Assembly (NCBI GenBank): GCA_035529015.1
Contig: DATKXP010000079.1
Span: forward strand, 5,513-69,512
Length of the DNA: 64,000 nucleotides
Reading direction: 5' to 3'
From: Phycisphaerae bacterium
GTDB taxonomy: Bacteria; Planctomycetota; Phycisphaerae; FEN-1346
Below are positions 1 to 8,792 of the stretch, piece after piece (position 1 is the stretch's first letter; each line of letters opens with the position of its first letter). Below the pieces are notes generated by a model. The model saw only the letters and a program-made list of their open reading frames with translations. It made no database searches and was not told where the DNA came from. The position numbers and the translations under genes were made by a program.

Positions 1-714
1 ATCGCCGCCGGCCAGAGTTCGTACCCGGACCTCTCGCGCAAGATGCACCACCAGGGGTTTGACGTCGCCCGTGGCGTGACGGACCCGAAGAAGGCCCGGA
101 AGAAGATGCGGCCGAAGGACCGGCCGCTCGAGAACGATTTCCTCTCCGCCGAGGACTTCGAGCGGCTGCTGCTGGCCTGGTTCGGCCAGGTGGCCCGCGT
201 GCTGGAACCGGGCCGCTCGTTTTTCATCTGGGGCGGGTACGCGAACCTGGGCAACTACCCGCCCGCCCTGAAGGCCTCAGGGCTCTACTTCTCACAGGGC
301 ATCGTCTGGGACAAGCAGCACCCGGTCCTCACGCGCAAGGACTTCATGGGGGCGTTTGAACTGGCGTTCTATGGATGGCGAGAAGGCGCAGGGCACAAGT
401 TCTTCGGCCCGAACAACGCCACCGACCTCTGGCACGTGAAGAAGGTGAACCCGGCCGCGATGGTCCACCTGACGGAGAAACCGGTGGAGTTGGCCGTGCG
501 GGCCATCCAGTACTCGTCGCGGTCGGGCGAGAACGTGTTGGACCTCTTCGGCGGGTCGGGATCGACCCTCATCGGGTGCGAGCAGACGGGGCGGAAGGCC
601 TACCTGATGGAGATGGACGCCCTGTACTGCGACGTCATCGTCCAGCGGTTCGAGCAGTTCACGGGGCAGAAGGCCGAGCGGCAGCAGGCAGTGGCGGCGG
701 AGGGAAAAGCGTGA
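1..714 (+). CDS. DNA N6/N4-type methyltransferase, 5' end outside window
   Basis: Frame of ORF 43..714 stays open back to base 1; motifs TEKPVEL and DLFGGSGST match the N6_N4 DNA methylase family as I remember it. Confidence 0.8.
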   Translation: MAAGQSSYPDLSRKMHHQGFDVARGVTDPKKARKKMRPKDRPLENDFLSAEDFERLLLAWFGQVARVLEPGRSFFIWGGYANLGNYPPALKASGLYFSQGIVWDKQHPVLTRKDFMGAFELAFYGWREGAGHKFFGPNNATDLWHVKKVNPAAMVHLTEKPVELAVRAIQYSSRSGENVLDLFGGSGSTLIGCEQTGRKAYLMEMDALYCDVIVQRFEQFTGQKAERQQAVAAEGKA

Positions 715-1604
715 GGATTGCCCGGGTATTTCCGCGTCGCACGAGCGCCACGCCGGACGACCCGCTCGCCTTCGTGGGCGAGCCGCCGCTCTTCCTGCCG
801 GAGGTGGACGAGGTGCATGTCTCGTGCACCTTCACCTGGGACCGCCCGGAAGCGGAGCATCTGGCGAAGGCATGGGCCGCTCAAGGCTACAAGGTCCGCC
901 TCGGTGGGCCGGCCTACGGGTCGCCGGCGGAGGATTTCACACCCGGCTTGTACGTCCAACGCGGGGTGACGATCACGAGCCGGGGCTGCATTCGGCGGTG
1001 CCCGTTCTGCTTCGTGCCGACGAGGGAAGGACCCTTGCGCCTGCTGGATATCAGACCCGGCTGGGACATCCTCGACAACAACCTGCTGGCGTGTCCACGC
1101 CGCCACGTCGAGGCCGTCCTGGACATGCTCGAAGCGCAGCCGAAGGCCGCACGGTTCACGGGCGGCATCGACGCCCGGCTATGTCGGCCGTGGTTCGCGA
1201 GGCGGCTGGGCCGGATGCGGGTGCAGATTCTCTACACGGCCTATGACCAGCCCGCCCAGCGACCGCACGTCGAACGGACCATCAAGACGCTGCGCGACGC
1301 AGGTCTCACGCAGCGGCAGGTCGGCTGCTACGTCCTCGTCGGATACGAGGGCGACACGCTGGTGCAGGCCGAGGAGCGCCTGGAGTGGGTCTTCCAGACG
1401 GGCGGAATGCCGTTCGCCATGTACTTTCGACCGCCGGATGAGCGGCGGCTTCGCATTCCACCGGCGTGGCGACGGTTCGTCAGGAAGTGGACCCGCCCGG
1501 CATGCATCTTCGCGAGCCACGAGGGTGCTGCCGGTGTGAAGGCCGAGCAGTTGGAGTTCCCGAAGAGCACGCCGGTAGGAACCGGCGTGCAGGAGGATAC
1601 GTGA
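711..1604 (+). CDS. radical SAM protein, phage-associated, function unknown
   Basis: GTG 711 overlaps the methylase stop (GTGA); SRGCIRRCPFC is a CxxxCxxC radical-SAM cluster motif; the ORF-track start at 375 is a shadow inside the methylase gene. Confidence 0.7.
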   Translation: MRIARVFPRRTSATPDDPLAFVGEPPLFLPEVDEVHVSCTFTWDRPEAEHLAKAWAAQGYKVRLGGPAYGSPAEDFTPGLYVQRGVTITSRGCIRRCPFCFVPTREGPLRLLDIRPGWDILDNNLLACPRRHVEAVLDMLEAQPKAARFTGGIDARLCRPWFARRLGRMRVQILYTAYDQPAQRPHVERTIKTLRDAGLTQRQVGCYVLVGYEGDTLVQAEERLEWVFQTGGMPFAMYFRPPDERRLRIPPAWRRFVRKWTRPACIFASHEGAAGVKAEQLEFPKSTPVGTGVQEDT

Positions 1605-1612
1605 TGTGGTGC

Positions 1613-1834
1613 CTACAGGGCCGTGACCTCGAAGTCCCACACCCACACCGTGCCGTCATCGTGTTGGGCATCCTTGGGTGTCTGGCCGGCGGTCACCTCG
1701 ACGCGGTAAAGCCAGCCGTCGTCCCATGTGGCCTTCGTGATACGGGCGTCGCACTCCTCGACGAAGTGGTCGCTGCGGACATGGACGCGGGTGCCGTTCT
1801 TCAGCCGCGGTGGGCGGGTCTTCGTCGCTGCCAT
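1613..1834 (-). CDS. hypothetical small protein (73 aa)
   Basis: Strong SD (GGAAGGAGG) before the ATG; last gene of a three-gene minus-strand operon; start lies 3 nt after the upstream stop. Confidence 0.5.
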   Translation of the reverse strand: MAATKTRPPRLKNGTRVHVRSDHFVEECDARITKATWDDGWLYRVEVTAGQTPKDAQHDDGTVWVWDFEVTAL

Positions 1835-1837
1835 GGC

Positions 1838-2137
1838 TCAGGCCTCCTTCCTGGCCAGGGCGAACTTGCCGCGGCCGACCTTCTTGAACCGCGCGTCCTT
1901 GCCCTTCTTGGCCACCTCACGGATGATGGCCGAGTAGAGCGTCGCGGCGGGCGTCTTGCCCTTCGTCTGCCACAGGCCCTTGGCGAGCATCTGCTCCACC
2001 ATCTCCTTGCAGGTCATCGGCTTCTTGGCTTCGCCGAGGACCTTGACGGCCGCGTCGAGGGCGCTGGTCTTCTTGGGCTTCGCAGCGCTGCGCTTCGCGG
2101 TCGTCGCCTTCTTCCGAATTTGCTGGTTCTTCGCCAT
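1838..2137 (-). CDS. Lys-rich DNA-binding protein, HARE-HTH-like
   Basis: SD AAGGAGA 7 nt before the ATG; basic N-terminal tail (KKATTAKRSAAKPKK) followed by MTCKEMVEQM...LYSAIIREV...RFKKVGRGKFAL, resembling HARE-HTH domains. Confidence 0.55.
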   Translation of the reverse strand: MAKNQQIRKKATTAKRSAAKPKKTSALDAAVKVLGEAKKPMTCKEMVEQMLAKGLWQTKGKTPAATLYSAIIREVAKKGKDARFKKVGRGKFALARKEA

Positions 2138-2170
2138 GGTTCCGTCTCCTTTTGCTGTTGCGCCCGGGAC

Positions 2171-2512
2171 TCAGTTCCCAGGCTTGTAGGTGTGGCTGCA
2201 GGTTTGGCACTGGACCCAGGCACCGTCATCGTCCCAGACCAGGCAATCGGTGCGGTCTTCACCGCAGGCCGGGCACGCGTCTTCCGGGGCGACATGCGCT
2301 TCGTCCTCCTCCTCGGCCAGGATGGCCTCGGCATCGCGCTCGAGGTCGGCCATGACCTTCGACAACGGCATCGCGCAGGCCCGGGCGAGGCGCCGGACTC
2401 GGCGGTGCCACCAAGTCGCTTTGCCCGAGGCCACCCACCCGGCCGTCTTCCAGGCGGCCAGGGCGTGAGCGAGCCTCTCGCGTTCGGCCAGTGCGTCGTA
2501 GGTCGTGTTCAT
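2171..2512 (-). CDS. hypothetical protein with C-terminal zinc-ribbon (CPAC...CQTC)
   Basis: SD AGGAGGA 7 nt before the internal ATG (MNTTYD...), so start taken at 2512 rather than ORF-track 2575; two CxxC pairs. Confidence 0.5.
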   Translation of the reverse strand: MNTTYDALAERERLAHALAAWKTAGWVASGKATWWHRRVRRLARACAMPLSKVMADLERDAEAILAEEEDEAHVAPEDACPACGEDRTDCLVWDDDGAWVQCQTCSHTYKPGN

Positions 2513-2619
2513 CGTCGTCTCCTCCTGTATTCGCGTCCTCACACACACAGGGGCATGCTTTCGGCCGGAAAGCAAGGCGAAATCATGGATTTTCCTGCAT
2601 AATTCTTCGAGGTGCCCGG

Positions 2620-2841
2620 ATGGCCGATGACGGCCCAGAAATGGCGAAAACGCTGAACCCGGCAGCCCTGACAGTCGCCGATGCCGCCAGGATTCTCACG
2701 GCCGCCGGCGGCGGGGCCGTCACCGCGGAGATGATCCAGGCCGACTTGGACGCCGGCGCGCCCACGAACGCCGACGGGACCATCAACCTGGTGCACTACA
2801 CGGCGTGGCTCGCGAGGGAGGTGACCTCCGGTGAAGGTTGA
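2620..2841 (+). CDS. small DNA-binding protein in small-terminase position
   Basis: 73 aa directly upstream of and overlapping the large terminase; shares an L-x-PA-x-L ... L-x-x-Y-x-AWL motif with the TerL N-terminus. Confidence 0.45.
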   Translation: MADDGPEMAKTLNPAALTVADAARILTAAGGGAVTAEMIQADLDAGAPTNADGTINLVHYTAWLAREVTSGEG

Positions 2842-5095
2842 CCCGCGCAACTTGCGGCCCGCCGAACTCGTGCGGCTACTGAACTCGACGCCTCTGGGCG
2901 AGGTCCTGCGGCCACACATCCTGTACCGTCACCGTGACCGGGCCGGGTTTCACATCGGCGACGGCCGGCACGTGGACCTTATCCGTTACGCGGCCTGGCT
3001 GATCCAGGAGCGGCGGCGACCCAAGCCGGCCCGGTCGGAACCCGACTACGAGGCGATGAAGGAGTCGGCCCGGGCCCGAAACGCCCGTCTCTCGGCCATC
3101 GGCCGGGACATCGGCGAGATCCCCGAGGTCCAGCACCCGCGCCGAAAGCGCAAGGCCCAGAAAGGCTTTGAGTACTTCTGCAAGGTCTACTTCCCGCAAG
3201 TCTTCCACCTGCCCTGGTCCAAGGACCACCTGAAGGCCATGGCCAGGATCGAGGACGGTGTCATGCGGGGCGGTCTGTTCGCCTTCGCCATGCCGCGCGG
3301 AAGCGGCAAGACGAGCCTCTGTGAGACGGCCTGTATCTGGGCCATGCTCATCGGCGCCCGCGAGTTCGTGTGCCTCATCGGAAGCGACGAGGGCCACGCC
3401 GAGGACATGCTCGACTCGATCAAGACCGAACTCGACGGCAACGACCGGCTTCTGGAGGACTTCCCGGAGGCGGTCTACCCCATCCGTCGCCTCGACGGGA
3501 TCGCTAACCGATGCAGCGGGCAACTGTACCGCGGCGAGCGGACCCATATGGTCTGGACGGCCCGCGAGATCGTCCTGCCGACCATCGACGGGAGCACCGC
3601 TTCCGGAGCCATCATCCGTGTGGCAGGTCTGACGGGCCGTATCCGCGGCATGAAGTTCAAACGGCCCGGTGGACGGAGCGTCCGGCCGTCGCTCGTCGTC
3701 CTGGACGATCCGCAGACCGACGAGTCGGCGCGAAGCGCCTCGCAGTGCGCCACGCGCGAGAGCGTCCTGGCCGGGGCGGTCCTCGGCCTGGCCGGACCCA
3801 AGAAGAAGATCGCCGGCGTCATGCCCTGCACGGTCATTCGGCCCGGCGACATGGCCGATTCGATCCTCGACCGCGAGAAACACCCCCAGTGGCAGGGGGA
3901 ACGGACGAAGATGGTCTACACCTTTCCTACGAACGAGAAGCTCTGGGCCGAGTACGCCCAGATCCGGGCGGAGAGCTTTCAGAACGGCGGCGACGGGTCA
4001 GAGGCCACCGAGTTCTACCGCAAGCACCGTGGCGAGATGGACGCGGGCGCCGTGGTGGCCTGGGCCGAACGGTACAACGAGGACGAACTGTCGGCCTTGC
4101 AGCATGCGATGAACCTCCGGTTGCAGGACGAAGCGGCGTTCTTCGCCGAGTACCAGAACGAGCCGTTACCGGAGGACGAAGGTGATGAGGAGCAACTGAC
4201 GGCCGACGAGGTCGCCGCCAAGATGAACGGCTACAAGAGGTGTCTCGTGCCCGTGGGCTGTGACCACCTGACGGCGTTCATCGACGTGCAGCAGAAGGTC
4301 CTCTTCTACGTCGTGGCGGCCTGGGGAAGCGACTTTGCCGGATACGTCATCGATTACGGCGCGTACCCGGACCAGAAACGGGCGTACTTCACGCTCCGGG
4401 ATGCCCAGCGGACGCTCGCCAGGGCGAGCCCGGGCGCGGGGCTGGAAGGGTCCATCTATGCGGGCCTCGAAGCCTTGACCGGTGACCTCCTCGGCCGCGA
4501 GTGGCGGCGGGACGATGGCACGGTCATGCGGGTCGAGCGGTGCCTGGTGGACGCCAACTGGGGCCAGTCCACCGACGTCGTGTACCAGTTCTGCCGGCAA
4601 TCGGCCCACGCGGCGGTGCTGTTGCCGAGCCACGGTCGATACGTCGGGGCATCGAGCGTTCCCTTCGCCGAGTACAAGCGCAAGCCGGGCGAGCGCGTCG
4701 GCCATCATTGGCGGATTCCGAACACGCGCGGTCAACGGGCGATCCGTCACGTCCTCGTGGACACGAACTACTGGAAGTCGTTCGTCCACGCGCGGCTGCA
4801 GGCGGCGATGGGCGACAAGGGATGCCTCTCGCTCTTCGGCCGGGATTCGAAGCGCCACCGTCTCTTCGCCGAGCACATCACGGCCGAGTACTGCGTCCGG
4901 ACCGAGGCCAGGAACCGGACGGTGGACGAGTGGAAACTCCGGGCTGGCCACCCGGAGAATCACTGGCTCGACTGCCTGGTGGGCTGTGCGGTGGCCGCGT
5001 CGGTCCAGGGCGCGGTGCTGTTCGGGACGGACGCTGGCCGGCGGGAGAAGCGTAAGCGGATCAGGCTCTCTGAGCTTCAAAGGAGCACGCGGTGA
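2831..5095 (+). CDS. terL: phage terminase large subunit
   Basis: 754 aa; Walker A AMPRGSGKT, Walker B LVVLDDPQTDE; C-terminal nuclease-sized domain; followed in the phage backbone by a portal gene. Confidence 0.85.
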   Translation: MKVDPRNLRPAELVRLLNSTPLGEVLRPHILYRHRDRAGFHIGDGRHVDLIRYAAWLIQERRRPKPARSEPDYEAMKESARARNARLSAIGRDIGEIPEVQHPRRKRKAQKGFEYFCKVYFPQVFHLPWSKDHLKAMARIEDGVMRGGLFAFAMPRGSGKTSLCETACIWAMLIGAREFVCLIGSDEGHAEDMLDSIKTELDGNDRLLEDFPEAVYPIRRLDGIANRCSGQLYRGERTHMVWTAREIVLPTIDGSTASGAIIRVAGLTGRIRGMKFKRPGGRSVRPSLVVLDDPQTDESARSASQCATRESVLAGAVLGLAGPKKKIAGVMPCTVIRPGDMADSILDREKHPQWQGERTKMVYTFPTNEKLWAEYAQIRAESFQNGGDGSEATEFYRKHRGEMDAGAVVAWAERYNEDELSALQHAMNLRLQDEAAFFAEYQNEPLPEDEGDEEQLTADEVAAKMNGYKRCLVPVGCDHLTAFIDVQQKVLFYVVAAWGSDFAGYVIDYGAYPDQKRAYFTLRDAQRTLARASPGAGLEGSIYAGLEALTGDLLGREWRRDDGTVMRVERCLVDANWGQSTDVVYQFCRQSAHAAVLLPSHGRYVGASSVPFAEYKRKPGERVGHHWRIPNTRGQRAIRHVLVDTNYWKSFVHARLQAAMGDKGCLSLFGRDSKRHRLFAEHITAEYCVRTEARNRTVDEWKLRAGHPENHWLDCLVGCAVAASVQGAVLFGTDAGRREKRKRIRLSELQRSTR

Positions 5096-5265
5096 GTGAG
5101 AACGCGACAGAGGAGAAACGCGGGCTGGAATGCCGTCACTGCGGCTGCCGGCACTTCCGCGTCATCTACACCCGCCCCGCCTGGGGCGGGCGGATTATGC
5201 GGCGGCGGGAATGTCGGAACTGCGGAAAGAGAATGACGACGTGGGAGCGGCCCCTCGGCGGATGA
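5092..5265 (+). CDS. small zinc-ribbon protein (57 aa, not in ORF track)
   Basis: Read by eye: GTG 5092 overlaps the TerL stop (GTGA); VSENATEEKRGLECRHCGCRHFRVIYTRPAWGGRIMRRRECRNCGKRMTTWERPLGG with CxxC...CxxC. Confidence 0.45.
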   Translation: MSENATEEKRGLECRHCGCRHFRVIYTRPAWGGRIMRRRECRNCGKRMTTWERPLGG

Positions 5266-5524
5266 TGGGGCCGACTCCGCACGGATTGGGAACTCGGCGG
5301 TTGCCCTATGACGCCAGCCACGGCGGGTCTTATGCCGGTCAGCATGACACTCCGCCCCAAGATGGTGGCAAGGCCAAGGTCTACTTCTCGGCGCCCTCCA
5401 GGCAGATCGCACGTTGGGCGCAGGGCATTCGAGATCTCGCCTGCAACGATGACGCCCCAGCAGTGGGCGCGCTCCGAGTACCGCGTGTGACGGAATCCGC
5501 AGTCCCGTTGAGCAGAAAAAGCAG

Positions 5525-5553
5525 TTGAAACACGCTTAGAACTGTGGCATAAG
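5525..5553 (+). promoter_or_regulatory. candidate sigma70-like promoter for the cargo operon
   Basis: TTGAAA, 17 nt spacer, CATAAG, about 90 nt upstream of the gatA-like ATG; weak -10. Confidence 0.25.
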
Positions 5554-5644
5554 GGATGTCGTGCCCGGTCTGTGCGGAAGTTGGGGCGCCAGTGTGGTGT
5601 TGTGTCTGCGCTCGCGCCGGCTGGGGCCAGAGGATAGGCTCAAC

Positions 5645-7093
5645 ATGGATCTGTCAAAGAGCACAGCTCACCAGCTGAAGTCGCTCATCGCTGGCGGCGA
5701 GACAACTTGTCGTGAGGTCATGCTTTCAGTACTGGAGGAGATCGAGCGCCGAGAGTCTGACGTGCAGGCTTTCATTACCGTTCGGGATCGCGGCGAGTTA
5801 CTTGCGGAAGCGGATGAGGTCGACCGCCGACGCAGCCGCGGCGACGCGATCGGCGCGTTGGCGGGGCTGCCGATCGCCGTTAAAGACAACATCTGCACTC
5901 AAGGAATGGCAACCACATGCGCATCCCGAATGCTGGCAGACTGGGTTCCCCCGTATGACGCAACCGTGGTTCAGCGAATCCAAGCAGCCGATGGCATCAT
6001 ACTGGGGAAGACGAACCTCGACGAGTTTGCCATGGGTTCGAGCACAGAGAACTCGGCAATGAAGACCACGCGGAACCCCCACAACCACGACTACGTGCCC
6101 GGGGGGACAAGTGGGGGGTCGGCGGCCGCTGTGGCCTCTAACGAGTGCATCTTGGCCATTGGCTCAGACACCGGAGGATCCATCAGACAGCCTGCGTCGT
6201 TCTGCGGAGTCGTCGGCATGAAGCCGACCTATGGCAGAGTGTCGAGATATGGCCTCATCGCCTATGCCTCGTCGCTCGACCAGATTGGGCCGATTGCCAA
6301 GGACGTGAGAGATGCCGCCCTCCTTCTCGAGGTGATTGCAGGACACGATCCCATGGACTCGACGAGCCTGGCGGCCGGCGTTCCGGGATACGTCGCGGGC
6401 CTTGGGAGCCAACGAGGGTTCCGGTTTGGCGTTCCCGATGAGTACTTCGGGCCGGGCGTGGACAGACAGGTCCGCAGGGCCGTAGAGGGAGCCATTGACG
6501 CCCTCAAGGAAGACGGCCAGGAAGTGGTACAGATCAGCCTTCCCCACACTGAGTACTCGGTAGCCGCGTACTACATCGCCGCGTGTTCCGAGGCTAGTTC
6601 AAATCTCGCGCGTTATGACGGATGCCAATACGGCTTCCGCGCTGAGGGCATCGGCGATATGATAGGCATGGTCAGCGAGACCAGAGCAGAGGGCTTCGGC
6701 CCGGAGGTCAAACGCCGAATCATGCTCGGAACCTACGCCTTGAGCGCTGGCTACTATGATGCATACTACCTGAAGGCCGCCAGGGTGCGTAGGCTCATCG
6801 CTCAGGACTTCGAGTCCGCATTCAAGACCTGCGACGTCATACTGCACCCTGTTGCCCCAACAGCAGCCTTCAGGATCGGCGAGAAGATCGATGATCCCCT
6901 GGCCATGTACTTGGGTGATATCTTCAGCGTGACGGCCAACCTAGCTGGCCTTCCGGCCACAAGTGTCCCTTGCGGACGCACGAGCGAAGGGCTGCCCGTC
7001 GGCATACAGTTGACAGGAAAAGCCCTCGACGAGGGGACGCTGCTCGCTGCGGCTTATCATCTTGAATGCCTGCTCCGGAGTTCTGCCGCATGA
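5645..7093 (+). CDS. gatA: Glu/Asp-tRNA amidotransferase subunit A paralog (amidase signature family)
   Basis: Near-canonical GatA blocks: AVKDNICTQGMATTCASRML, GKTNLDEFAMGSSTENS, GGTSGGSAAAVA, GSDTGGSIRQPASFCGVVGMKPTYGRVSRYGL; start taken at ATG 5645 (MDLSKS). Confidence 0.85.
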   Translation: MDLSKSTAHQLKSLIAGGETTCREVMLSVLEEIERRESDVQAFITVRDRGELLAEADEVDRRRSRGDAIGALAGLPIAVKDNICTQGMATTCASRMLADWVPPYDATVVQRIQAADGIILGKTNLDEFAMGSSTENSAMKTTRNPHNHDYVPGGTSGGSAAAVASNECILAIGSDTGGSIRQPASFCGVVGMKPTYGRVSRYGLIAYASSLDQIGPIAKDVRDAALLLEVIAGHDPMDSTSLAAGVPGYVAGLGSQRGFRFGVPDEYFGPGVDRQVRRAVEGAIDALKEDGQEVVQISLPHTEYSVAAYYIAACSEASSNLARYDGCQYGFRAEGIGDMIGMVSETRAEGFGPEVKRRIMLGTYALSAGYYDAYYLKAARVRRLIAQDFESAFKTCDVILHPVAPTAAFRIGEKIDDPLAMYLGDIFSVTANLAGLPATSVPCGRTSEGLPVGIQLTGKALDEGTLLAAAYHLECLLRSSAA

Positions 7094-7626
7094 GCGGGGA
7101 TGACATGGACACGATTCCCTGGGAAACAGACGCCACCTACCCCGACTGCCTGGGGAACCATATTCGGCTTTTGCGACGCTCCTTGCCCGACGTGGAGAGT
7201 GCGAAGAGCAAAGAACTGCTCCCCTTCTTCCACGAGACGTCATCGTTCGTACTGGAGTCCTTCGTCCCTGAACGCGACAAGGAGAGGGTACGGGGGAAAC
7301 TCCTAAGGTTAGACCTCGAGCCAAGTGTCGCTCGTGCGTGCATCCTCTCACATAGGCACACAGACGAGTATCTATGGCTGATCCATGCAGTTGCGCGAAC
7401 GCTGCTTACTGTCTGGAGGCTGAACGACCTGCTTGAAGCCGTACAAGTCGAGCTAGAAGGCCGCAGATCGGTTCTCCACATGCAAATGGGGGGGGAGCAT
7501 CTGCTCTGCCTGTTCGATAACCAAGGCCGAGGCGTGGGATGGTGTGAAGAACTGGCAACGGAGGCCCGTGCGTTCAGTGAGAACACCGTATGGCCCCGCG
7601 GCAACGGCCGCGAGCGTGCTCGTTAG
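7090..7626 (+). CDS. hypothetical protein coupled to the gatA paralog
   Basis: ATG 7090 overlaps the gatA stop (ATGA); 178 aa; no motif recognised; does not resemble GatB or GatC. Confidence 0.5.
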   Translation: MSGDDMDTIPWETDATYPDCLGNHIRLLRRSLPDVESAKSKELLPFFHETSSFVLESFVPERDKERVRGKLLRLDLEPSVARACILSHRHTDEYLWLIHAVARTLLTVWRLNDLLEAVQVELEGRRSVLHMQMGGEHLLCLFDNQGRGVGWCEELATEARAFSENTVWPRGNGRERAR

Positions 7627-7726
7627 GCCCAGCACGCGAGAATACAAGAGTGGGTGAGGGGTGCCTATTCGCCCCCAAGGCGACAGAACGGCACTGGGAC
7701 AACCCACGGGATCGGGACAGAGGGCA

Positions 7727-8263
7727 ATGTCAAGAAGCTTATTAGACTATGCAATTCTGCTTGGCTCTTACGTGGGCATTCCGGTAGGGGCCCTCGTGTT
7801 TGAGATCGGGCTAAAGGCACTGATGGCTTTTGCGGCGGATTGGTCAGACCGGACGAGAGGCGAGCGCGGGCGTACGGCGTTGCTCACGGGCGGCGATTCC
7901 CCTTCGGGTTACTCGTTCTGCGTGCTGGGACTTGCCACAGGCTTGCTCATAGCGCTGAACAGAGACCGATTGGCTGATTCCTCGACCTGTCTCCGGGACT
8001 GGCCTGTGCTTAGCCTGATTGCTTCCACGGTTCTCTCTTCACTGTCTCTGGGGGTGGCGAGCGTGCTGTGTGTTCGCATTCGATCATCCGAAATGTATGA
8101 GAGAAAGGTTTTGCTAAGTAGGCTGGTGATTGCTCCGAAACCAGGCTGGGATCGCCTGAGAGGAAGGCTCGAGCGCGCGCGAGCGAGGAAGTTGCGAGCT
8201 GTTGTTGCCGCTCTTGGGGTCTTCTCGCTGTTTGTGGCTTCCGCGGTGTTCTTTGGCATCTAG
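7727..8263 (+). CDS. multi-pass membrane protein
   Basis: Four hydrophobic helices (e.g. YAILLGSYVGIPVGALVFEIGL, FCVLGLATGLLIAL, VVAALGVFSLFVASAVFF); start uncertain (7661 or 7727). Confidence 0.5.
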   Translation: MSRSLLDYAILLGSYVGIPVGALVFEIGLKALMAFAADWSDRTRGERGRTALLTGGDSPSGYSFCVLGLATGLLIALNRDRLADSSTCLRDWPVLSLIASTVLSSLSLGVASVLCVRIRSSEMYERKVLLSRLVIAPKPGWDRLRGRLERARARKLRAVVAALGVFSLFVASAVFFGI

Positions 8264-8275
8264 GGGGGGCCGACT

Positions 8276-8689
8276 GTGGAGTTGCTCTTGTTCCTATTGG
8301 CAGGCCTGATTGCCTCGTTTGCGGCGGGGCTCATCGCGGTCTACGTGGTTGAGGCTCGCGTTGCTCCCGCGTTCGCGCGGTGGCTCCTGCGCACGCCAAG
8401 CGGGAGACGGCTGCGGGTAGCCTATCTGCTCGGCTTGTTGCGCCGCTTCGGGAGGAAGCTGCGCGGGCTCCGAGGCAGAGAGACGCCTGAAAGGGCTGAC
8501 GGTCGTGCTCATACGGCGGGCGGCATGCGCACTATGATGATCATCGTCACATTGCGCCCCGCAACCGATTGCGGTAAGCGCTGTGGGGTGGTCGGCCAGC
8601 GATTCGCTTCGGCTGCCTTCCGTGAAGCAGGTTGGCGTTCGCGGGGAGACTGGGTGCTTGTCAAGCATGGGCGAGGGCCCGTATTATGA
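8276..8689 (+). CDS. possible small single-pass membrane protein
   Basis: N-terminal helix LLLFLLAGLIASFAAGLIAVYVV then Arg-rich low-complexity tail; the true stop may be effectively earlier; weak. Confidence 0.3.
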   Translation: MELLLFLLAGLIASFAAGLIAVYVVEARVAPAFARWLLRTPSGRRLRVAYLLGLLRRFGRKLRGLRGRETPERADGRAHTAGGMRTMMIIVTLRPATDCGKRCGVVGQRFASAAFREAGWRSRGDWVLVKHGRGPVL

Positions 8690-8792
8690 GGGAGCTCGGT
8701 TGCAGGCGCAGATCATCACTCCGCGTGAACGCGGGGCGCGAGGCTCCCGAGGGCCTGCACCGGAGTCTGTCAGTATCTAAAAGGGGTAACTC

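Noticed and set aside
375-710. Upstream 112 codons of the ORF-track entry 375..1604
   Set aside because: They lie inside the methylase gene in another frame. GTG 711 gives GTGA coupling and a sensible radical SAM N-terminus.
5130-5528. 132-aa ORF after the terminase
   Set aside because: The translation is low-complexity and overlaps the better-supported zinc-ribbon ORF at 5092-5265 in another frame.
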